A stretch of DNA of 64,000 nucleotides from Candidatus Bathyarchaeota archaeon (GTDB taxonomy: Archaea > Thermoproteota > Bathyarchaeia > Bathyarchaeales > Bathycorpusculaceae), in assembly GCA_963739305.1 (NCBI GenBank), contig CAVTZU010000020.1, positions 64,001 to 128,000 on the forward strand, read 5' to 3'. Both the position numbers and the translations under genes were made by a program. The notes beneath the pieces are model-generated. The model saw only the letters and a list, made by a program, of their open reading frames with translations, ran no database searches and was not told the DNA's origin. Position 1 is the stretch's first letter; the number at the start of each line of letters is the position of its first letter. This document shows, piece after piece, positions 1 to 9,127 of this stretch.

Positions 1-338
1 TCGAATCCTCGCCAAAGAAGATACGATAGTACCGTTTGCATAGGCGTCATCCATGGTATGGGTCTCGCTTCCTGGGGTACTATGGCGATTTTTTCTCTGA
101 GCCTACCAGGCTCCTTCACGACATCTATACCGTTTATAGAGGCGCTCCCGGACGTTGGTTCAAGCTCGGTTGCAAGGATACGTACAAGCGTAGTCTTTCC
201 AGAACCGTTTCGGCCTATCAGCACGAATACGCCACGGGTGGGAATAGAGAAGCTTGAGGAGTCAAGCGCCTTAGTCTTGCTTTTGCCATAGACCTTGGTT
301 AGATGATCACATACGATTGACTGAGAACTCTCTTCCAT
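1..338 (-). CDS. ABC transporter ATP-binding protein (5' part; runs off window edge)
   Basis: Manual translation from ATG at 338: MEESSQSIVCDHLTKVYG...LIGRNGSGKTTLVRIL...IAIVPQE (Walker A, Q-loop). Not in ORF track because truncated. Confidence 0.9.
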   Translation of the reverse strand, partial: MEESSQSIVCDHLTKVYGKSKTKALDSSSFSIPTRGVFVLIGRNGSGKTTLVRILATELEPTSGSASINGIDVVKEPGRLREKIAIVPQEARPIPWMTPMQTVLSYLLWRGF

Positions 339-361
339 TCTTTCGCGCGCGCCAGTCTGCG

Positions 362-580
362 TTAGTTTTGTCTCTTGAGATAGGCGACGGTGAACATTCT
401 GCCGTCTGCCAGGCGGATATCTTGGATGGCGACCAGTTCCCACCCTTCATCGCCCAGGTCGTTCAATTCATGTTGGACACTGTCCATCACTGGCTTGCTG
501 CCGACTTGGAAATGGTCTGAATGAATCTGCGTCTTTATCGGGATCACCTTATACTCCCACTTAACCAATTCAAATGCCAC
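362..580 (-). CDS. DUF4177-like small protein
   Basis: KWEYKVI...LNDLGDEGWELVAI...AYLKR pattern. Confidence 0.8.
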   Translation of the reverse strand: MAFELVKWEYKVIPIKTQIHSDHFQVGSKPVMDSVQHELNDLGDEGWELVAIQDIRLADGRMFTVAYLKRQN

Positions 581-711
581 CCTTAAACACAGACGATATT
601 CTAGTTAGAGAGTAAAAACATTTGCTCGCAAAACACGATTAGCGCGCGCTCCTCTAACGCTTCTTTCCTATATACGCGGGGTGAAAATCGTGAAAACAAG
701 ACAAGGTTTTC

Positions 712-1440
712 TCAGCTAGAGCCCTTGTTCCCAAACCCATTATGATGCTTTAGCGTTTCCATGTCACGGCGCACTCTCAGCTGTTTAGCCGGCCTGGAGA
801 CGGGGTACCCTAGACGGATGGCAAAAGCAATCTTCATATATTCAGGAACTCCAAGGATCCGCTTCACCTCTTTTTCCACGGCATCCCCGCTGAACACACT
901 CAATATCTGAACGCTTATCCCAAGCGACTGGGCCACAAGCCACATGTTCTCCATAACACAGCCCAAGCTAATGAAGCCCAAAACATCCCCCTCGGAAGCA
1001 GGCGCTCTTTTCCTAGAATCATAAATCACTATCAGCAGCAGCGGACTGCCTCTGATGCGTTGGTTCAGGGGCGAAGGCGTGCTCTCACGAACAGCCTTGT
1101 CCAGCCTAGCATGATCCCTCCAATCCGGCGGAAAATTGGTGCCGAGGATTCCGACCTTCTTCTGAAGCAACTCCTCTTCCGAGAATGACAGCTGCTGGTA
1201 GTTCTCACGGATGAACGCTTCCGACACACGCGACTTGATTTTTCCAATCTTCTGCAGAACCTCCTTGTCATCAACGACAAGAATTTCGAAGTTCTGCATG
1301 TTGTGAGCCGTCGGCGCCCAACGCGCCGCCTCCAGGATCTGCTTCAGGTTCTCCTTGGACACCGGACGATTCGGATCAAAAGGAACCCTCATTGACCGTC
1401 TCTGCTCAATGATTTTCAAGACATCAGCCATAACCATCAT
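712..1440 (-). CDS. Nitroreductase family protein
   Basis: RRSMR, ILEAARWAPTAHNMQ, ENMWLVAQSLG, IRLGYP motifs. Confidence 0.9.
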   Translation of the reverse strand: MMVMADVLKIIEQRRSMRVPFDPNRPVSKENLKQILEAARWAPTAHNMQNFEILVVDDKEVLQKIGKIKSRVSEAFIRENYQQLSFSEEELLQKKVGILGTNFPPDWRDHARLDKAVRESTPSPLNQRIRGSPLLLIVIYDSRKRAPASEGDVLGFISLGCVMENMWLVAQSLGISVQILSVFSGDAVEKEVKRILGVPEYMKIAFAIRLGYPVSRPAKQLRVRRDMETLKHHNGFGNKGSS

Positions 1441-1675
1441 CTCCCGACTTAACCACTCGCGCCTGTGATTTTCCTCTAGATGAATTTTCGCATATAAGCC
1501 TACTCACACGGTTTCATAATCTAAGCTGGCGGCCCCACATCAATCGGTTCGCGAAGAAAGCGCCGCAAAATCCTTCTGACGACCGTGCTATAAAAAATTG
1601 TGATTTCAAACAGTTTTGCCGCGCGCTAAAGGCTTTAAGTATGTTCAGCACCAAAAATGGAAGGCAGTGGTTTGT

Positions 1676-2203
1676 TTGAAGGACACGGAACTAAAGCTGA
1701 TTTCTGAGCTGCTGAAAAACAGTCACAGAAGTGACAGAGAACTCTCACGAGCTTTAGGCCTGTCTCAACCGACGGTCTCGAGACTCAGAGAAAAACTTGA
1801 GAAAGAGGGCTACGTCAACGAGTTTACGGTGATACCGAACTTCAAGAAGCTAGGTTATCATATGTTTGTCTTAACTTTCTTCACGTGGAAACCAGGTCTT
1901 GGCAAGGATGAAAAAGAAGAAGCTAGGAGATGGGCGCTTGAACAGTCGTCTTTGGTTGCGCCTAACGTCGTTGTTATTGAAAGGGGCATAGGCTTTGGCT
2001 ACAACTCGTTCATGGCTTCATTCCACAAAGACTATAACTCGTACACGGAATTGATGAATCAAGTGAAGAATAACCCGTACTTGGACAGGGCTAGGCTTGA
2101 CAGTTTCATCGTCGACCTTGACGATGAAGTTCACTATCGATATCTGACGTTTTCGACTCTTGCCAAACACTTGTTGACCTTACAGGAACCGGAGAAAAAG
2201 TAA
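1676..2203 (+). CDS. Lrp/AsnC family transcriptional regulator
   Basis: wHTH SDRELSRALGLSQPTVSRLREKLEKEGY; likely TTG start at 1676. Confidence 0.9.
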   Translation: MKDTELKLISELLKNSHRSDRELSRALGLSQPTVSRLREKLEKEGYVNEFTVIPNFKKLGYHMFVLTFFTWKPGLGKDEKEEARRWALEQSSLVAPNVVVIERGIGFGYNSFMASFHKDYNSYTELMNQVKNNPYLDRARLDSFIVDLDDEVHYRYLTFSTLAKHLLTLQEPEKK

Positions 2204-2522
2204 TAGATGCTGGAAACAAGGTATTTCTGCGCGCGCTAACAGACACACAATGAACACGCAACCACTTCCCCCTCCCATATATATTGGACGTGAGAAGCGA
2301 GGGATCGATAGCTTTCTACCATGCTTTTGTGAATCGTGTTGACTTAGCGTGTGCACCTCATTAGAACGATCTTCGAATTGCAGCGTCCGCTGGTTATCGA
2401 ACAGTTGCCGCGTGTTTGTGGCGGCAGAATGACTGTTGATAAAGGCGAACGATGCGGGTCATCGTTGCGTGAATAATTTTCTGAAGAAAGTGTGTTTGGG
2501 CGAAAAAAGGCCTGTGTTTGTT

Positions 2523-2816
2523 TTATGGTTCTTCTGGTTTCTTGGTTTCTTTCTCGACTTCGGCTGTTATGTCTTCTATTGGTTTAGGCGGTGGGGTTGT
2601 GGCCATGGTCCAGCCGATCCAGCCTCCTATGCCGAGTATGGCGACGAAGCCTATGAAAACGGGCACGGCGATGATCCAGAATTGTACGTTTGATTGTGTG
2701 ATTTGTGTTCCGAAGACGTTTAGCCACTGTGGGTAGAATAGAGTGACGATGTAGAATAAGCCTACGATGGCGCAGACTAGAAAGATTGTTGCTCCGATGG
2801 TTTGGTCTTTGCTCAA
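2523..2816 (-). CDS. Conserved archaeal two-TM small membrane protein (WIGWTMATTPPP family)
   Basis: TTG start after GGAGGTGA RBS; two hydrophobic helices; WIGWTMATTPPPKPIE motif. Confidence 0.75.
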   Translation of the reverse strand: MSKDQTIGATIFLVCAIVGLFYIVTLFYPQWLNVFGTQITQSNVQFWIIAVPVFIGFVAILGIGGWIGWTMATTPPPKPIEDITAEVEKETKKPEEP

Positions 2817-2992
2817 GTATGGTTCACCTCCTAAGCTCACGTGATTCATGGAATCCGGTTCATGTTGAAGTTGCTGTCTCGCAGATGGTTAGGCACTGCT
2901 ATCAGATAAAAGTCTTCTTGCGACCAGCAGAATGTCTCTTGATTTTTCATTTACGACTGAGATGATTCTCGTGTGACGCGCGTAGCGCGCGC

Positions 2993-3205
2993 GGGTGGGT
3001 TATTCTGGCTTTCGTGTGTCTTGTAGCTTTTTCTTGGGGGCTGTATATTCTCCTGTACTCAGGATTGGACGAATCAATCAGGTTTGCACTACTGGCTATC
3101 GGAGGAGTCGGAGTGATTTTTCTTATGGGTATGACGGTGCTACTGGTCATTTGGTATCACAACCCGCCCCCACCAAAACGAGGCAGGATTAGCGCGCGCA
3201 AATAA
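2993..3205 (+). pseudogene. Two-TM membrane gene fragment bracketed by GCGCGCGC sites
   Basis: Hydrophobic reading WVILAFVCLVAFSWGLYILLY...VIWYHNPPPPK with no clear start/RBS; motif at 2985 and 3192. Confidence 0.4.
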
Positions 3206-3220
3206 CGATATATCAAATAG

Positions 3221-3288
3221 TAGAATATTCCTAGCGATAGAATATTCTTAGAAATGGAATACTCTTAGTCATAGAATATTCTTCGGTA
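3221..3288. repeat. Four 17-bp tandem units with palindromic GAATATTC core
   Basis: TAGAATATTCCTAG at 3221, TAGAATATTCTTAG at 3238, TGGAATACTCTTAG at 3255, TAGAATATTCTTCG at 3272. Confidence 0.9.
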
Positions 3289-3346
3289 GGAAGAATCTAT
3301 AAAAAAGTTCTATAGCATTCTTCTAACGATCGTTCTATTTGATTGG

Positions 3347-3577
3347 GTGAACAGTACGGTTAACTGTCCGCGATGTGGAAAGACCCTGACGAAAGAGAGT
3401 GGCAAGAGTCAGTACTGTTGTGAAAACGAACATTGTCCAGTCTTGTTTGTGCGCTCGCCGGCAAACCCATTCAAGAGAAGAGTGGTTTTCGAGTCCTCCG
3501 TGAGTGGGGCAATAATCAGAAAAATCGAGAAAGCAACTGCTCACGAAATTTCACTTATTCGCTCAACACGCGCGTGA
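3347..3577 (+). CDS. Small Zn-ribbon protein
   Basis: CPRCG...CCENEHCP; upstream AAAAAGTTCTATA promoter-like element. Confidence 0.65.
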   Translation: MNSTVNCPRCGKTLTKESGKSQYCCENEHCPVLFVRSPANPFKRRVVFESSVSGAIIRKIEKATAHEISLIRSTRA

Positions 3578-3796
3578 TTAGCCCGCCCTATGTGGCGCGC
3601 TCTTCGTCACTGTGCAGATGCTTTACCAATGGATATTTACCTGAAAGATCGGCTGCAATTCTATCGATACCGTCAGTGCTTCCATCTTCTACGATCAATA
3701 CTATGTGCGAGTTGGTGATCTCTTAAAAAAAGCCTGGGCCGTGAGTGAGTAGTCGCACGCTAAGACTCAGTTGGAAACAAAAAAGGGCCTCTATTG

Positions 3797-4063
3797 CTAA
3801 GGAAAGATACGCCAGAGAGCCATCTGCACCCGTGAAAATGCTCTAAAGAACACGGAGCGCTTTTTGTAGAGCACAAACGCAAGGGGTATGACCAACAATA
3901 GGAAGAGAATTCCATACTGTGATAGGAAAACTGAAACCTGATTGATTGGCCCTATTTGCCCTCCTACCGGGTTCGGTGTCGGAGACGGGCTCGGCGACGG
4001 AGATGGTACGCCACTTTCGCTTGGTCCAGCCTTGACGTTCAAACCGTCTACCTTTCTGTTCAA
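3797..4063 (-). CDS. Small membrane-anchored protein with Pro/Ser linker and C-terminal TM plus basic tail
   Basis: PSPSPSPSPTPNPVGG followed by hydrophobic helix and YKKRS. Confidence 0.5.
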   Translation of the reverse strand: MNRKVDGLNVKAGPSESGVPSPSPSPSPTPNPVGGQIGPINQVSVFLSQYGILFLLLVIPLAFVLYKKRSVFFRAFSRVQMALWRIFP

Positions 4064-4188
4064 GATTTTCCCCGCAAACTACTGCATATTGATCACTATA
4101 AAAAACTTTGCATGATGCGCTATTGCATAAGGTGAGCTTAGACAGCCTTTTTATCGTGAACAATCGACTAGAACTTAGAGTGCTCGGA

Positions 4189-5523
4189 ATGTCGAAGTAT
4201 TCACTCAGTTCTAGCGTTGTTCTCAGATCTGAACCTCAATACTATGACACCTACGCAGCGTTCGACTGCAAGAAAGTTGAAACCGAATTCCTGACCAAAG
4301 ACGAGTACATTATCCTTGAGAACGTCCACAACAAGCCAAAAACTGTGCCTGAGATCTCAGAAGAACTCGAGATAGATAGCAAAACCTGCGAACGATTTCT
4401 GAAGCGTATGACCGAGCAGGGGTATGTCAAGGAAGGCGGCGGTTCTCCTGAGCCAATCCTATTAGAAAGGGAAAAGATCAACCCTGAGCTTTTCAAACAA
4501 TTCGGTCTCCCTTTCCTGTCAGCGCCAACGACCGTCGACGTCTTCATCACGGACCGTTGCAACTTGAAATGCGTTCACTGCTTCGCAAACGGGGATACAA
4601 GAAACAGTACTGAGCTTTCTGTTAACGATATGGAATCGATCTTCAACCAGCTGGAAAGAATGGGGGTTTTCGAAGTCAGAATTACAGGCGGCGAACCCCT
4701 TCTCCATAGTGAAATAGAGAAAGTTATTCTGACCCTGAAACAGAGGAGGTTTCGAAAGGTAATTCTGACGAATGGCACACTGCTTGACGAGACAATAGTC
4801 AAGATGCTCAATGAGTCAGGGATGATTCCAACGATTTCGCTTGACGATTCGAACGCTCAGGGATTCGACCTCTTCAGAGGAGTCAAAGGAGCCTTCAACA
4901 GGACAATCGCTGCCTTAGAGCTTCTGCAAAGAAGCGGAATTGAGTACGGGATAAACTGCTGCTTGCACAGAGGCAACTTGGACAGGTATGAGGAAATCAT
5001 AACCCTCGCTGAGAAACATGGAGCTCGGCGCATAGCATTCTTGCATCTTGAACCTGTGGGGAGGATGAAAAACAACTTGCAGTTCCTTCCATCCTACAAA
5101 GAATACGAGTCGATGGTGCCCGTTCTATCATTGGCAAGATCACATCACAGAAGGATAGATGTTGCCTTAGACGTTTTCCTGCATTGTTATCCTCTGAAAG
5201 AATCAGTCCTCGAAGCCAAAAAGGGGTTCATTTCTTGTCAGGCTGGCAAATCAAAGATGTCGATAGGCAGTGACGGTTTCATATACCCTTGCAACACCGT
5301 CATATCAGACCCGCATTGGCGCATGGGCAACATCGGGAACGAAAAGATCTCGGATATATGGTTCTCAAAAAGATGGGCCTTCTTCAGAGGCGAGGTAATG
5401 ATAAAGAGTCTGCAGAAATGCAGCGAGTGTAGCAAGAGAGCAAAATGTCAGGATTTCTACTGCAGGCTCCTTCCATACGCTACAAGCGGAAACCTTTTCG
5501 GGCCCCATCCCAAATGCGCATGA
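4189..5523 (+). CDS. Radical SAM/SPASM domain protein with N-terminal winged-helix (RRE/PqqD-like) region
   Basis: CNLKCVHC, ITGGEPLL, LTNGTLL, SPASM CQAG...GFIYPC...CSEC...C...CR. Confidence 0.92.
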   Translation: MSKYSLSSSVVLRSEPQYYDTYAAFDCKKVETEFLTKDEYIILENVHNKPKTVPEISEELEIDSKTCERFLKRMTEQGYVKEGGGSPEPILLEREKINPELFKQFGLPFLSAPTTVDVFITDRCNLKCVHCFANGDTRNSTELSVNDMESIFNQLERMGVFEVRITGGEPLLHSEIEKVILTLKQRRFRKVILTNGTLLDETIVKMLNESGMIPTISLDDSNAQGFDLFRGVKGAFNRTIAALELLQRSGIEYGINCCLHRGNLDRYEEIITLAEKHGARRIAFLHLEPVGRMKNNLQFLPSYKEYESMVPVLSLARSHHRRIDVALDVFLHCYPLKESVLEAKKGFISCQAGKSKMSIGSDGFIYPCNTVISDPHWRMGNIGNEKISDIWFSKRWAFFRGEVMIKSLQKCSECSKRAKCQDFYCRLLPYATSGNLFGPHPKCA

Positions 5524-5608
5524 TTCTTTTCCGGGTCAATCCGCAATTAGGTTCCATGCTAGGCCGGATGATGGAAATTGTACAAATTCCAGATTGACTT
5601 TGATTTGA

Positions 5609-6475
5609 TCAGGGCAAATTGCATACCAGTTCACTCTGGTAGAAGGGGTCTCGGCCAACTTCTCTATTCACTTCCTCAACTGCCACTTTGGGGCTCAATC
5701 CTTCTGAGCACAAGGCTTTCACAAGTCTTAGCGTTGCTTCATCTGAATGCGACAGGTCAACGTATCCATCCCATGAAACGTAAGCTTTGACCCCTCTTTC
5801 AAAGAATCTCTTAATCATGTACGGTGTCGCCGTCCCGTTGCATCCAGTCAGAATTATCGTCGTGCCATTCAAGCCATCAGGCTTGTTGTTTCCCAGAAAC
5901 ACCGCGTTCAAGGCAAAATAGGGAGGCTCACTTTCGTTAAACGTGTATGCTTTTTTCACAGCTCCTGCGAGCTGCTCGTTGACGTACTTGGATTCTGTGT
6001 ACTTTTCCCCGCTGAAAAGGTACAGAAACCCGTCCGTATGTATTGTGCTGTGAAGCCTAAGGATGAGAATTTTGTATCCACCGACGTTTCTCAACAGGTC
6101 AACGGTAACGTTTGCTCCTCTGAAGACATCAACCGTGTACCCCGCGTTTGAGAGGCATTGCACCATGCTTCCAGTCAGCGTAGAGTTGGGTTCCGTGTCA
6201 TACAAGCCGTCCAGTATAGCGGCCCTAGGCACAGTGACATCTGCATGCGGTTGAAACTGCTGCAGTTGAGGCTGCTGAGGTGCATAGGACCAATTCACCC
6301 AGAGAATGCCAGCAGAGAGAAGAAGGAGGCCAAAGCCAACAAGAATTACCACAGTTCTCAAACGTCGATAGTGCGGTCCTTTCTCGGCGATTGCTTTGTT
6401 CCTTTCTTGGGTCAGCTGCGTGAATTGCCTGTTTTTCTTCTTTGCTTGTCTCTTGCTTGCTCTGCTTCGTGTCAA
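5609..6475 (-). CDS. Membrane-anchored hypothetical protein (alpha/beta domain)
   Basis: N-terminal basic stretch plus TM; ILRLHS and ILTGC segments reminiscent of caspase/CHAT-like His/Cys. Confidence 0.7.
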   Translation of the reverse strand: MTRSRASKRQAKKKNRQFTQLTQERNKAIAEKGPHYRRLRTVVILVGFGLLLLSAGILWVNWSYAPQQPQLQQFQPHADVTVPRAAILDGLYDTEPNSTLTGSMVQCLSNAGYTVDVFRGANVTVDLLRNVGGYKILILRLHSTIHTDGFLYLFSGEKYTESKYVNEQLAGAVKKAYTFNESEPPYFALNAVFLGNNKPDGLNGTTIILTGCNGTATPYMIKRFFERGVKAYVSWDGYVDLSHSDEATLRLVKALCSEGLSPKVAVEEVNREVGRDPFYQSELVCNLP

Positions 6476-6608
6476 TTAGACCACGCAAGTCAGGCTACTG
6501 TCGTTTACTGGTCTTAAATAAGTTGTCTCGAGCCCGCGCGAAGCTTTCTGCAATGTTCGATAGCACACGCAGGAAAGCATAATAATGTGATCGTCAGAGC
6601 AGAGAATC

Positions 6609-6905
6609 ATGACATCTCAAGAAGCTACGGTAAGAGTTTACGTGCTAGTGGAAATTCAGCCTGGAAAAGAGAAAGAGTTTGCCGAAAATGTCATTTCGAA
6701 AGGATTCATTCAAGACTCAAAAGTGGAGAGGATGGATTTTGTTCATGGATCTTTTGACCTCGTCGTCGTGCTTAACGGAGCGATGAAAGACGTAGATGCG
6801 AGAGTGATGGCGATGAGGAAATCTCCGTTTGTGCGAAGGACGGAAACGCTGATTTCTTTCGAAATGTTCAATTGGGAAGACCTGACGGGTAGACTGAACG
6901 AGTGA
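6609..6905 (+). CDS. Lrp/AsnC ligand-binding (RAM) domain protein
   Basis: VYVLVEIQPGKE...VHGSFDLVV...VRRTETLI. Confidence 0.8.
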   Translation: MTSQEATVRVYVLVEIQPGKEKEFAENVISKGFIQDSKVERMDFVHGSFDLVVVLNGAMKDVDARVMAMRKSPFVRRTETLISFEMFNWEDLTGRLNE

Positions 6906-6929
6906 ACCTGAAAGAGTCAAGTCACGCGA

Positions 6930-7150
6930 GCTAGGAATGGAGTTCGTTTTCGCGCGAGCTCTTTGAATGCAGATAGTTGCAGCAAACAATGCCGCCACCG
7001 TCAACAGAGGCAGAATCACATACGACGAATATTCAGGCACAAATTCGTTTCCGAAAGCGTAGATCTTATGATCCATAGAGTCTGCGTAAACACAACCGCC
7101 AGCAACAGCAGGAGAAGATAACACGTGGCTTCCTGTTGTGTAATTCCACA
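6930..7150 (-). pseudogene. 3' fragment of PQQ-type beta-propeller surface protein with PEF-CTERM-like anchor
   Basis: WNYTTGSHVLSSPAVAGGCVYADSMDHKIYAFG then VPEYSSYVILPLL; begins abruptly at GCGCGCGC. Confidence 0.75.
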
Positions 7151-7158
7151 CGCGCGCG

Positions 7159-7263
7159 CTAAATGGTTCCTTCTGCCCTAACTGGTTGAATGTTAAATGC
7201 CAAAGTCAACATGCTTGTTAACAATAGAATGAACATAACTGCAGAAAATATTCGCTTCAGCAA
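7159..7263 (-). pseudogene. Orphan signal-peptide fragment of the beta-helix gene family
   Basis: MLKRIFSAVMFILLLTSMLTLAFNIQPVRAEGTI*; paralogous to starts at 18895 and 23740; stop TAG created at the GCGCGCGC junction. Confidence 0.85.
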
Positions 7264-7424
7264 TCCCCGTTCCCCAACATACATGGGTGCAATCGCTGGA
7301 TATGAATTGTGAAAAAATCTTCTATGACACTTCGATTGGTCTAGAGGTCACGAGTGAAACGCTAGCGCGCGCACTGCGAAGGCAACCGCAAGTGTTTTAT
7401 TGTCACTATCATAGAACTCAGTGC

Positions 7425-7745
7425 ATGGGCATCTTTGACAAGCTTAAGAAAGGCTGGGAAATAAAGAAGACTTGGGGAACAAAACCACCTACTCAACCAG
7501 AGTACGAGCCAACGCCTCCGGAAGCACATGGCCGCTACGGTAGGCTTGCTGCATGGATCAAAACAAATTATGGAAGCAGGTTCAGAGAAGGTGCGACAAG
7601 CGTTGAGGTTGAAGCACAGCTTACAAATATTCTCGGAGAGCTGGAGGCAAAAGGGGCATTCAAGAAACACCCTAAGATCGCGAATGGCTTCAGAGCATAC
7701 ATAAGCGAAAGGAAGTATGGTGACCTCGTCAAAGTAAGTGAATGA
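7425..7745 (+). CDS. Hypothetical protein coupled to the AEP gene
   Basis: MGIFDKLKKGW...; stop overlaps the next ATG. Confidence 0.7.
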   Translation: MGIFDKLKKGWEIKKTWGTKPPTQPEYEPTPPEAHGRYGRLAAWIKTNYGSRFREGATSVEVEAQLTNILGELEAKGAFKKHPKIANGFRAYISERKYGDLVKVSE

Positions 7746-9085
7746 AAGAAGCATATGCAGTAGAGATTTCGATGGATTCAGGTTTCTCGCCCCTACTGCG
7801 ATCTCAAATTAAATCCTACTACAGATCCAACCCAGTAGATCTAAAGACAACGTCACCAGTCAAATTCCGCCACTTTCGATTCCGACTTGAAGACACGTCC
7901 TTTTACAAGGTTAAATGTAAAATACGCGATTCACGGGACCTGCGTGAACATCTTGTAAAGAAGGCACCACTAGATGTGTACTACTCTACTGCTTGCTGGC
8001 TCAACCCGCACATACTTGGTAGCAGGGTTGAAAAAGACGTTTTGAAAAATCTAATGATTTCCTGCGATCTTGCCTTTGATATAGACCGCGGTGGCAAATT
8101 GAAACTCGAAGGTGCGAGACAACAAGCCATTGGAATAAATGAATTCCTCAAATCAAAAGGAATCAGTGTGCGCTATTCTGCGTTTTCCGGAAGCAAAGGT
8201 TTTCATGTGGTATGCGACGACCCCTGGAACGACGAGATAACAGAAGAGAATCCTTGGAAACGCGAGTCAGAGGCGATTAGAAGGAGAAAGAGGATAGTGC
8301 AAGAAGCGAAGGAGAGAGGCATAGTCTTCGATGAAAAGGTGACGGTCGACACGCGCCGCATAATCAGGTTGCCAGAAACAATAAATTCAAAGACTGGTTC
8401 CGTGTGCACCGTCTTGAGCAAGAAGGAGCTTGAATCCGACATCTACGAAATAGTTAAATTGGCAAGACGACATGCTATTATTACTCCCAGGATCCCGTTG
8501 CGCAGACGCGTGCGGGAGATGACACATGATTTCATCATGGGCAAAATCCCTGGGTCGGTGGGCCGACTGGGAGTGAGGCCCACACCCGAAGAGAAGCCTT
8601 GTTATTCTACGTTCATCACCAACAACATACCTGGAACAAGGCTCAAGATTCCAATGCTGGAGTTTGGCGGCTGGAGGAAAATGGAGGAGATAACTGGTGT
8701 CATCAAGAAGGTTCAACGCCAGTATGGTCTTGGAGACGTTTTCATCTTTGGCGATGGCAATAGGTTTTCGGCCTTCAGTCTGAAGGCGGTTTCAAGGAGA
8801 AGAGCTGAAAAGATTCTGTTCGCGGCTGGTTCCATGAATTTGAATGCATGCAAGAAATACGGATGTACGTTTATGCGTGTGGGAAAAACCGTTGGAATGA
8901 ACGGGAAGGTCACGCGCAGAGAGCCTGAACTAATAAGAGTGTTGCAGTCTGATCTGCGGGGTCAAGCGAGTAGAACGCATTTCGAGTTCCTGTCATCACT
9001 AGGCGTGAAAACAAGCGGAGAGAATATGGAGTTCTGCGGAGCGCGAAAGGAAAGACTCGAGCTTGTGCATGCCATAATTGAATAG
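7742..9085 (+). CDS. Archaeo-eukaryotic primase (PriS-like catalytic domain) with ~190-aa C-terminal extension
   Basis: PLDVYYS, DLAFDID (DxD), FSGSKGFHV, DEKVTVDTRRIIRLP motifs. Confidence 0.85.
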   Translation: MKEAYAVEISMDSGFSPLLRSQIKSYYRSNPVDLKTTSPVKFRHFRFRLEDTSFYKVKCKIRDSRDLREHLVKKAPLDVYYSTACWLNPHILGSRVEKDVLKNLMISCDLAFDIDRGGKLKLEGARQQAIGINEFLKSKGISVRYSAFSGSKGFHVVCDDPWNDEITEENPWKRESEAIRRRKRIVQEAKERGIVFDEKVTVDTRRIIRLPETINSKTGSVCTVLSKKELESDIYEIVKLARRHAIITPRIPLRRRVREMTHDFIMGKIPGSVGRLGVRPTPEEKPCYSTFITNNIPGTRLKIPMLEFGGWRKMEEITGVIKKVQRQYGLGDVFIFGDGNRFSAFSLKAVSRRRAEKILFAAGSMNLNACKKYGCTFMRVGKTVGMNGKVTRREPELIRVLQSDLRGQASRTHFEFLSSLGVKTSGENMEFCGARKERLELVHAIIE

Positions 9086-9127
9086 CGTTCACAGGCATCG
9101 GTGCCCTGCGAATTCTTTGTACTCTTG

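Noticed and set aside
36-520. Plus-strand ORFs at the window start
   Set aside because: Antisense to the ABC ATPase and DUF4177 genes.
3221-3288. Possible mini CRISPR array
   Set aside because: 17-bp period with only ~3 variable nt between units; no spacers and no cas genes.
7742-9085. AEP as replication gene of the virion cluster
   Set aside because: 32 kb away, separated by host-type genes, and with no helicase or integrase nearby.
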